A stretch of DNA of 61,049 nt, counting the filler. It is 11 parts of 11 records of this genome, joined end to end, with 100 filler letters (N's around TTAATTAATTAA, not from the genome) between each part and the next. Parts side by side here need not be neighbours in the genome. Positions count along the whole stretch, not along the records: positions 46,077 to 53,532 come from SRR7504441_20507; positions 53,633 to 57,698 come from SRR7504441_20537; 9 more parts are not named here. The stretch is one strand, 5' to 3'. Below are positions 46,077-55,203 of the stretch, piece after piece; within the stretch, counting starts at the first letter, position 1; the number at the start of each line of letters is the position of its first letter. The notes below the pieces were generated by a model. The model was not told the origin of the DNA. It ran no database searches and saw only the letters and a list, made by a program, of their open reading frames with translations. The position numbers were made by a program, and so were the translations under genes.

Positions 46077-49000
46077 CTCGACGGAATTAGGCTCAAGAAA
46101 CAGGAGCAGAAGAAGCGCGTGGAGGAGGAGCATAAGGCAGAGCTGGCCGCCCAGCAGAGGCGCCACGCTGGGAGCCTGATGGCACACTGGCTGGCCCGCA
46201 CAAACCTCTTCTTTTGCCGGGCGGCGGTGTTGGACTGGAAGACGAGCTGCGCCGAGGGTCTGTCCGATCTGGAGCTGATGATGACCAGGAGCGCGATGAG
46301 CGGCGAAACGGTCCTTGCCCTGGTCCCGGTCCTGGCCTGACTGCGCGAGGCAGGAGAGACGGAACAAAGAGGTAGGGCTCAAAGCCATCCGAACGCTAAC
46401 CAGCCGACTACACGCATCTTACCTGCAGAGCCTGCTCCAGGTTGGCAAAGAAAGTGCTCGTTTGAAGGCGGGTGCAGGATTGGGGCGCTAAAGTGGCGGT
46501 GCAAGCCAAGTTGTTCGAAATGGAGATGCGCAGCGCGTTGCAGACCGAGGCTGCTGTGGCCTCGCAGGAAACGGCGATGAAACTCATGTCTCAGCTGATG
46601 GCGAGGCTGGAGACTGGCAAGCTCCGCGAGCTAGTGTCTAGCTGGACCCGCTCGGTGGGTGCCGGGCTTTAAACTGGCTCAAGTTTGCGGGCAGGCGGCT
46701 AAGAAACTCACTGCAAAGCGTTGTGCGACGCGCATGATGGCCGGCTTTGCCCAGCGGCAGCTTTTGGCGCTTGCTGCTGAGGTGGTAGCGTCGTGGGTTT
46801 GCGGCACCATCGAATACCGGTCTAAGGAAGTATCTCGACACATGTATACTAGCGCTGAGTGGCTTGGACAGGCGCGCAGAGTGGAGAGTCGCTTCCGGGG
46901 GGCGAGCAAGATAGACATCTTTTTGTATCATCAAATGAAGGTGCGACTAAGTTGCTGTTCATGGTAAATGATTTGGATGGCAGCGTTCCTGTGGGTTGCG
47001 TATCGCTGGGTGGTTGGCCAATCTAGCAGACCATCGGGAACACCGCCAGGAGATGCGACTTGAATGGATGGAAAACGATGTAAGCGCGCCTATGCAAGTG
47101 CTAAACATTCAGGCTGCTTGTGACAGATGATGACCACCGACATTGCGCACAAGACAACCCATCTGCATTTCCAGGAGGCCAAACTCCGAGGGCTCACGTT
47201 TTGGCTCTTCCATCCGGAGCAACGCGACTGGATCAGAAGTGTGCGACGCCAAACAACCGTCAGCCTGCAGCGCCGAGCCCACGCTGAGCGCCGACTCCCA
47301 CTTTTGCTTCAGCAGCTTAACCGGAGGGAGCTGCTGCAAGCGATCACTCAGTGGCAATCGCTATGGAATAATGACATTGCTGCTCAAGAGACGGCAGCGC
47401 TCATTGATGCTCATGATCTCAAGCTAAAGCTACAGGCTGAGTCGTCAGAGGCAAAGTTAAAAGATAAGTGCAACAGCTCTGGAGGGCGAGCTCTGGCTGC
47501 TGCACTCCAGAGATTGCGTGCATCTTCAGTACGCCAGCACGTGACTGTGTGGCAGTCCGAAACTCGGCTGCAGGTGTGGCTAGCCTGGGGGTGATGGCTC
47601 AGTTTGAATGTGCAGGCCAAGCGATTTGAGAGTCGAAGGGCGCACCTGTTACAGACTGATAAAGAGGTGGCTGTGAGGAATACCTCAGCCGCGATGCTCA
47701 GAATGGCCTTAAAGCGGGCGCCACGGGTTTATGTGGCGGCAAGATCCAGGCTGATGCGCTGGAGGAAAAACACACTGCGCTCTCGTGGTATATATCTGAC
47801 CTTCGGGTACCGGCGAGCTGCAGCCGTAGTGTCTGTGGTTAATGCCCATCGGATCCTGGTCAGCGACCGCTGTCAGAAGATGATATGGTACTGGCGTCGC
47901 CAACAGCAACTTGCATGGCACCAGGCTGTTCTTGCTGCACAGCAAAGTAAGCACGAGGGTCAGGTCCCCCCCAAACCATGCCACTTTGCTCAACAGTGCT
48001 GCGCAGATGGTCAAAACTGAGAAGACCGCGCAGTTTGGTATTCAAGAAACACACCGCAGTGCATCAGTGGCCCTGCTTCGGAGCCAGGCACGGTGGATCC
48101 TTGAAGGTGAGCGTTGTCTTGGGTCGGTCATGAGCCTGTGGCTGCAGGCCGTACTACACGTTGTGTGGCATTTTGGCGCAAGCAGACCAACAGCCGAACT
48201 ACACGGCGGCGGCGGTGGGTTTATTGGGAGCGGTCGTTGTGACTGGTTGCAGGCTGAGCGAGGCTTTGACGATTTTAACGCGCTTCAGAATGGAGCTTTT
48301 AATGACCAGAGTAGTCTCGGCTGTAGGCCAGTGGAGGATGCGCGCGAAGACAACCAGAACGCTAAGGGCCACCGCGTTGGGTCGCGCGCATGCTTCATTC
48401 TCGCAGAGTTCTCAGCGGCTAGTGCAGAGGTGCATTGGCGAGATGAGGGTCAGTGCCAAGAATGCTGCATACTACTCGATGCTGCGGTCAATGGAGGACC
48501 AACTAGAAGCCCGGCAGGTGCTTCAGCTACAACCTGCCGTTTGCTTGCCGCCGATTGCTTTGGCCTGCAGGCGGAGGCAGAGGCCTTCCATAAAAAGGTG
48601 CTGAAGCAGAGAAACCTTGCAGTCGCCAAGGTGTGCATGTGACATCAGAATCGAATCCACCTGCCCACTCCGTCGCACCGAGCCCTGGAGCAGAAGCCAC
48701 CTCTTCGAACGAGCCAGTGCCCTCGTTCTCCTCGCACACACGGTCTAGGAATGCTTTATACTGGTTGCGGGTATCGAGCTGGTGCTGCTTCTCGAGCTGC
48801 TTCTTCTCGAGCTGCCCGGACGAGGAGAAGATCCCAGCGATGCTCAGTCGGCTGTGTACCTACTTCCAGGACATGAAGGAGATCGCCCGGCTAAAGGACA
48901 GCGACAAGCATAAGAAGGCGGTGGCGGCAGCCGAGGCTGTTACTGCGACAAAAGCCAAGCGGGCAGCGGAGCCTGCGGTTGCTGGGCAGCACAGCCAGCA

Positions 49001-49082
49001 GCAGCCGAGCACCGCACAGGATAGCCGGAGCGTGGCGGGGGACAACAAGTCGGGGAATTCATTTAGTAGCCAAGCATTGTGA
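46077..49082 (+). CDS. Large alpha-helical protein with recurring Trp-containing (Sfi1/IQ-like) units; 5' partial, model approximate
   Basis: Chain of + strand ORFs separated by short introns. Recurrent units such as LRELVSSW, LQAITQW, RQHVTVW and SAVGQWR. Confidence 0.55.
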
Positions 49083-49334
49083 GCGGCTCTTTGGGTTGCG
49101 AAAGCCACTTACTGTAGTTATACAAGCTTGGCCATGTTTACGAGTAGAGTAACACAGCATTAGCAAATAGCCAAATACTTTACAAACCAATACATATCAC
49201 GCATCGGCTTCATTGATTCGGGTGAACGTTCCCAATTGAGCGCCTACAGCTACACTCAACAACCTAAACTAGCCATCTATATATCATGAATGCAGATGTC
49301 GGGAGCCTTCTCCGCTTTGAATTACATTTGACGC

Positions 49335-50135
49335 TCACTTGCCGGCAAAGAAGTCGTCCTCCTCTGTCGAGCCGGGGGACAACAAGTCGGGCGGGGGCGC
49401 GGCCGGCGGGGGCGGGGGCGGGGCGCCCATGTCCGGGACCGTCATCTCGAGCAGCTCGGGCACCGAGCTGCTGGGCTGCTTGTCCAGCTCGGCCTGCAGA
49501 AGCCTCACTTGCTCAAAAGCGTCCTCTAGCGCGAGCGACTTCTGGTCAAGCTTGAGGCTGGTGCTCATCAGATCCTGCCGCAGCCCCTCGGCCACCGCCC
49601 GCTCCTCCTCGAGCAGCTGCTCCAGCTCGTTCACCCGCTCCTCGCGCTCCAGAGCCGCCAGCTCTGCCATCCCCCCGCGCACCACCGGCGCCCCCTCGTT
49701 CGCCTGCCAGGCCTCGGCCGCCAGCCCTGCCGATAGCCCCTTGTCCAGCAGCGAGTCGGTCCCGGTCGGCTCCGCGGCCAGCTTTGCCTCCAGCTCGGCG
49801 ATGGTTCGGCGGTCGGCTTTGCTCCTCTCCTGCATCTCCAGCAGCTTCCGTTGGCAGGCCTGCAGGTCGTCGTTCTGGGCCCTGACCGCCGCCTTGGCCC
49901 TCTCCAGCTTCTCCTTGCTCTTGGCCGGGGTCCTCTCGGTTACGACGGCGTGCGGCACCGCGTTCACCGTCTGGCCCATCACTCGTGGGGTTTCCGAGGG
50001 GCGCGGGGCGAGGGGCGGCCCGAGCATCTCGGTCAGATGCATCAGAGTCAACGCCTCGTCCCCTTCGCACGCCTCGAGAACCCCGGCGAGCACCGCCGGC
50101 TCCGCACCCGGGTAAGCCGAGCAGAGTGATTCCAT
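49335..50135 (-). CDS. CUE-like domain plus coiled-coil protein with poly-Pro tail
   Basis: LCSAYPGAEPAVLAGVLEACEGDEALTLMHLTEM fits the CUE pattern, followed by heptads and PPPPPP. Confidence 0.65.
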   Translation of the reverse strand: MESLCSAYPGAEPAVLAGVLEACEGDEALTLMHLTEMLGPPLAPRPSETPRVMGQTVNAVPHAVVTERTPAKSKEKLERAKAAVRAQNDDLQACQRKLLEMQERSKADRRTIAELEAKLAAEPTGTDSLLDKGLSAGLAAEAWQANEGAPVVRGGMAELAALEREERVNELEQLLEEERAVAEGLRQDLMSTSLKLDQKSLALEDAFEQVRLLQAELDKQPSSSVPELLEMTVPDMGAPPPPPPAAPPPDLLSPGSTEEDDFFAGK

Positions 50136-50228
50136 CGGGTAAGGCCGAGCAGAGCGTCAGCAGAGCGAGCTGCTGCCTGCTGTTTGAGTCAACTCACGCG
50201 AGCTCTAACGGATTTTGCTGCTGCGCAC

Positions 50229-50792
50229 ATGTCACTCTACCGGCACCAACCTCCGACCCTGGGCGCCCCTGCGAGCTGCCTCCCGAGGACGATGGCAGTG
50301 CACGCGCAGCGGCACTCGTGGTCCCACAGCCGGGAGTCCCCGCGCTACTACCACGATCCGGCCGTAACCAGCGCCCTGGCGGCGGTCGGGCCGCTGGACG
50401 TTTTCTCGGACCTGCCGGTGGACCCAGAGCACAGTTATCCGTTGCCGCGGGACGAGGCGCGGGCCGCTGAGTGGCTTCGGGCCCTCCGGCCGCACGGTGG
50501 CCTGCAGGAGCGGATCCGGGACCACAGCAACGTCCTTGCGAACAGGCACCACTATCGCGTCTGGCCAGGCAACCCACTGGCGCAGCCGGTGCCCACCGCG
50601 AGGGCAGGTCACTTCGATCCGGCGGACCGGGCGACGCGGCACCATGCGCCACTGGCCGGGGCGGTGCCGAGCCTCACGCCGTCGATGTCGATTCCGTTCG
50701 TGCTGCAGTGCGCCTGGCCGGTGTCGGTGGGCTGAGTGGGGGGCAGCTCGGACGGAAAGCAGATTGATATCAGTGGCCACAGGCCATGACTG
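50229..50792 (+). CDS. Hypothetical protein
   Basis: ORF from the ATG at 50229, divergent from the CUE gene. A terminal intron near 50709-50763 is probable, so the end is uncertain (50735 if unspliced). Confidence 0.5.
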
Positions 50793-51071
50793 AAGCGTTG
50801 AGCGCTGAACGTGTCATTGAATTGCGTTTAATAAATAGTGGAGGGCGAAGCGGGGTCACCATGTATACTCGTACGGTACGAGCACGTACTGCGCACGAGT
50901 AAAGCTTACAGTGCGCATTTATTGTATTGTACATTAACTGTACATTTATGATAGATTGAATATGAGTTGTATTAGAATTGTATCATTGTGAACGCGTGAC
51001 ATAACCGCGGACTACGACTGATACTAACTCCATAGACTTAAAACTGACTGCATGATTGCGTCAAGGAAGTT

Positions 51072-52753
51072 TTACATGCGCCCAGAACTCATCCCCTCAG
51101 CTTCCAAATCGGCTTCGGCCAGCCACTGCTCTTCGACCGTCGAGAACTCGACTCCGGTCCCGTCCAGGTCCTCGTCGTCGAGCTCAATATCGCAGTCGGC
51201 CTCTGTTGGGACTACCGAGTACCTGCCGTGCTGCCTTACCCGCCACAGCTTGCGCAGGTCCAAATCACTCGCCCACACAGCCAGCCCTCCGACCAGCGCG
51301 AGCATCACAAGCACAAACGCCGCCATCATCCATCTGGACGAGCTTTCCTTGTCCTGGTCCACCGGTCGGCTCGCCAGCTCGGCCAGGTAAGCCCCGAGCG
51401 GCCAGTCCACGTCCTCGGGATCAGCTGAAGCAGCACTCCACGCCGCCTTCAGCTTATGGACGTACAGCACCGCGTGCTGCTCTGGCCGAATCGCAAGCAT
51501 CTTGCGCAGCAGCACAGCGATGTAGTTGAGCTGCATGCACCGGGCAGGGTTGAAATCACTTGACTGCCCGGCCCTGGCCTGCAGCACAGGGAAGGGCGTC
51601 CGACAGAAACTTTCAGCCAGCTTCTCAAGGTCGTCAATACTCGGCTGTACCCCGCAACGCTGTCTAAGCTCGGTGACCTGAATGCAGCGGTCTTGCAGCG
51701 GCTCTGCTAGCTCTACGTCGCCCAACGGACTTGTGGCCGCAGCCATCACTGCTCGGACTGAGGCGATAGCGTAATAATAAAGGCTGACAGCTGCCAGCTC
51801 CAGCCCGTCCGGCAAGCTAAACTGCGGGTCTGCGGCCCACCAGTGAGCGGCCGATCCAGCTGGCTAGGCGGCGCACAGTGCTCCACGGCGCATGGCGGAG
51901 TGATGCACCCTTCCGGCCACAGCAGCTCGGATAACAGATCGCGGCACCTGCGGCTGAGTGAGCCCATCCGCTCAGGGGACGCCCACCGGCTGGCCTGGAT
52001 CGGCGGGTCGTCCAGGTGCTGCGGGTTGGAACAGTTGCTCAGCGTGTTGTCCGGTGCCCGGCTGCGCAAAGCCTCAAACCCGTACCCGAGCAGACTGCTG
52101 ATCCGCACACCAGAGCGCTCCACCCTCGAGCCGACCGGCACTTCCGCGGTCGGGAAAGTCACCTGGGTGGACCCGCCCCCTAGGTCCAGCACCCCCATCA
52201 GGCGCTGGTCCGGTTGGGCCTCCAGCGCCGTATTGACTGCCCCCACGAGATAGTTGGCCGCCAAGAACCCAAACCAGCCCTCCTCCTCCCCGGTGAGTGT
52301 CTTCGCGCTCAGTGCGAACCGCACCGGCAGCTCGCCGGCCAAACTCTGCTCGAACTGGCTGGTGAGCCCGGCGTAGAGCCGTGCCTGCTTCTCCTCGCTG
52401 ACCTCGCGCATGCCGGCAGTGGCCCGTATCATCAGCGGGACAGGCGGCGAGTCGCGGGTGAGATTATGGCTGCCAGCGAGCAGCGCTGCGGTCGATCGGA
52501 TCAGCGGGCTGATCGAATTGAACGCCGCCCGGCCGCCGCCGTCGTCGCTGGACGCCAAGGCTGGCCCCAGGCCCGGGCTGGCCTTCCCCAGGGTGACCGA
52601 CTGCACCCGCCAGGACGACTCGTAGAGCCCGAACTGGAACAGATGGAACCGGCTGCCGGTCGAGCCGGCGTCCACCACCACCCGCCAGGCCGACGCCAGG
52701 CTTGCCAGGCCTACCAGCAGCAGGGCAAGCTGCAGCTTACACTGAAAGCGCAT
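51072..52753 (-). CDS. GDA1/CD39-family apyrase (NTPDase)
   Basis: All five apyrase conserved regions: DAGSTGSR, ATAGMR, GEEEG..GFLAANY, DLGGGSTQ and DWPLGA. Signal peptide and C-terminal transmembrane helix. Intron 51830-51876. Confidence 0.93.
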
Positions 52754-52766
52754 TGATCATCAATCT

Positions 52767-52780
52767 GAAAAAAAAATTGA
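52767..52780 (+). promoter_or_regulatory. GAAAAAAAAATTGA element in a divergent spacer (candidate bidirectional promoter motif)
   Basis: Identical to 5579-5592 (-). Confidence 0.45.
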
Positions 52781-52838
52781 CGGGCGCGGGAGAGCCTAGC
52801 GCGGCGTGTGACCAGCAGCAGAGCGGGCGGGGAAGGAG

Positions 52839-53532
52839 ATGCCGCGAAAGACCCGTCGAGCGGCGGCTGCGGCTGCGGCGGCTGCTGAGCCGGCGGCGTC
52901 GGTGTCGGACAGCCTGGACAAGTTCTTGGCGGACGTGGCCTCGCGGCCGCACGTGCTGGCCGGGCAGGACGCCGGGCTGGCCGAGTCGGTGTGCCTGCCG
53001 GCGGTGAAACAGCTGTTCGACACCGGTGCACTCCCCCGGCGGGGTCGTCTGGGCTCACCCTGCCGGGCCAGCCAAGCGGACCGAGCCCAAGCCGTTCGGG
53101 GTGCTGCCTGAACTGCTGCTGGACGGGATGGATGTCGACCAGGTCGCCCCCCCCAGCCGGCCCAGCCCCCGAGCCCCGGGCAGGTGTGGCAGCAGATCCA
53201 GCTGCGGAACAAGCCGCTGGTCCGGTACCTCAAGAAGTGCACCAAGCGGCTGGCCGCCGACCTCGATCAAGTGCGGCTCACCCATGAGCCGCCACAGGCT
53301 CCAGCACGATCCAAAAAGCCACAGCGGAGCCAACCGGCCGAGCCAGCTGGTGGCCGGCTGGTGTAGCGGGGGGTGAGGGGTGGGCAGGGCCCGGGGCTGT
53401 GCCGCAGTCGCGCAAGCGGCGGCACGAGGTGGAGGACGGCTTTTTTGATCTGGAAGAGATGCACAAGTTCCTAGACGAGCAGGCAGCCGGCCGGCCGGGC
53501 AGTGGCCAGAGCTGGCTCGGGCAGGATCAGGA
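52839..53532 (+). CDS. MPP10: U3 snoRNP protein MPP10, 3' partial
   Basis: LPELLLDGMDVDQVWQQIQLRN and VEDGFFDLEEMHKFLD match conserved Mpp10 blocks. Several short introns. Confidence 0.82.
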
Positions 53533-53632
53533 NNNNNNNNNNNNNNNNNNNNNNNNNNNNNNNNNNNNNNNNNNNNTTAATTAATTAANNNNNNNNNNNN
53601 NNNNNNNNNNNNNNNNNNNNNNNNNNNNNNNN
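53533..53632. other. Artificial contig linker
   Basis: 44N-TTAATTAATTAA-44N. Confidence 0.98.
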
Positions 53633-53977
53633 TTGCCGTAAAAATAAATCAGATATCAGATTCCAAACTTTTACAATGTTCAATGATTGTTCAACATCGC
53701 ATATCTCACGGACGTTGTTGCGCATAATTATAATTATTGCTCTTTTTCGTTTAAAAAGAAAGAAGAATCAATGTATTCAAAGATCTAGAGCGTCGTTAGG
53801 CGGCAGACTAAGGAGCTGAGAACTTCATGAGCAGTCAGCATTGGAACAGATAATCCTGCCCCAACTCTCGATCAACTCGTGCCGTACTCATCGGAGATAG
53901 CCACACTCGAAATCGTCATAACTCGTGTTACCTTGGCTGGGGCATCCGGACAGTCCCTAGTTCCAGGAAACCCACGC

Positions 53978-54709
53978 TCATCTCTTGATCACATCTCTTG
54001 TGATGCGGGGGGGCTCCTTGACCGAGTCAATGTCACAGTGGATTGCCTTGCCGCGGCGCCACCTGATCTTGTTGAACCCTAGGTACAGCCCATACTTTGC
54101 TCGGAACTCAATCTGTGGGTCGCTCTTCATGTACATGCAGTGCAGCTCGAGCGCCTCCTCCAGCTCTGGGTTGTCCGCGTAAATCTTCATCAGCCGCTTC
54201 CACTCTCGCTCGGTGAGCGTCTCTGTGCCGTCCTCGGGGTGCGGGTGAAAGTGGATCCCCTCGGGGACCGTGTCCATATCCAGGGTCCACTTGTTGGCGT
54301 ACGGCGTGTTCTCCCAGTCCCCGGCATTGAGCATCTCCCAGTTAACAACATGCTTGCCCTGGGCGTCGAACCGGTCAGTCCGCCCATACCGGTCTGTCTC
54401 CTCGCGCACCACCTCGCGGTCCTGCCCCCGGAAGTTGCGCGCGTCGCGCTCCTGCGGGGTGCGCGTGTCCACGGGGTTGCCGTGCCGGTCGAAACCCGGC
54501 TTCTGCTCCGGTGGCTCTCGATACCCTGGGAACTCCTTAGTGCGCTTTGGAACGTACTCGCCCCGGAGGTACTTCTTGTAGATTTCCTCATTGGTCGGGT
54601 AGCGTGGGTACGGGTTGGGGATGGTCGGGTCGCCCATCGGCTTGACCCGCTGGGCAACCTTCTTCCATTCCCCGCTGCTCCAGAACTCTGCCAGTGGCAT
54701 CGTCGACAT
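53978..54709 (-). CDS. Hypothetical protein (243 aa)
   Basis: Clean ORF with strong third-position GC bias and natural amino-acid composition. No family recognised. Confidence 0.75.
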   Translation of the reverse strand: MSTMPLAEFWSSGEWKKVAQRVKPMGDPTIPNPYPRYPTNEEIYKKYLRGEYVPKRTKEFPGYREPPEQKPGFDRHGNPVDTRTPQERDARNFRGQDREVVREETDRYGRTDRFDAQGKHVVNWEMLNAGDWENTPYANKWTLDMDTVPEGIHFHPHPEDGTETLTEREWKRLMKIYADNPELEEALELHCMYMKSDPQIEFRAKYGLYLGFNKIRWRRGKAIHCDIDSVKEPPRITRDVIKR

Positions 54710-54756
54710 GGCTGCCGGTGACTGAACACTGCAGGCAGCAGCGCCCAGTAACGGAA

Positions 54757-55143
54757 ATGTCAGCAGAGCCTGCCAGTGAGGCCTCAGCCTGCGTCCAGTG
54801 CGACGGCAAGACCGGGCTTTCGTGCGGGCTGAGCCAGAGCGAGCTCGGCTGGTTAGAGCAGATGTCCACCAGATTCGAGCTGCCCGCCCCGCCCGGCAAG
54901 GCTGTCCGGTGCTGCCTCAACTTCGCCGCCCAGGCCGCCCCCGAGCTGCCCAGCCCGCCCGCCGCTGAGCTGACCGCCGTGGAGATACCGTTGGCACCGA
55001 GCCAGCTCGAGTGGCTCGAGAGTCGGGGCGATCCGGCAGCCGCTCTCAGGGCGGCGCTGGCTGCGGCGATGGCGGCGGAGCCGGAGGAGGTTTTCGCGGT
55101 AGTTCGGTGCAAGACCAAGACCAAGCCGGCGCTAGTGACCTAA
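54757..55143 (+). CDS. Small hypothetical protein with internal duplication
   Basis: LSQSELGWLEQM...GKAVRCCL and LAPSQLEWLESR...AAALRAAL halves. Confidence 0.65.
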   Translation: MSAEPASEASACVQCDGKTGLSCGLSQSELGWLEQMSTRFELPAPPGKAVRCCLNFAAQAAPELPSPPAAELTAVEIPLAPSQLEWLESRGDPAAALRAALAAAMAAEPEEVFAVVRCKTKTKPALVT

Positions 55144-55203
55144 TGGGCTCACATAAAAGCTCAATATAGATTAACGCCATTGGGCTTCCTTTATGGGTGT
55201 GCA

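Noticed and set aside
48775-48814. Triplicated TCGAGCTG(CTT) unit
   Set aside because: A short slippage-type repeat with no further structure.
5579-52780. Giant-virus origin suggested by AAAATTGA and 3' hairpins
   Set aside because: The genes are intron-rich eukaryotic housekeeping genes (SmD2, MPP10, VWA8, CHD). No viral hallmark gene is present.
560-53524. Introner-like mobile introns
   Set aside because: Lengths are similar, but I see no shared internal sequence, terminal inverted repeats or target duplications among the introns.
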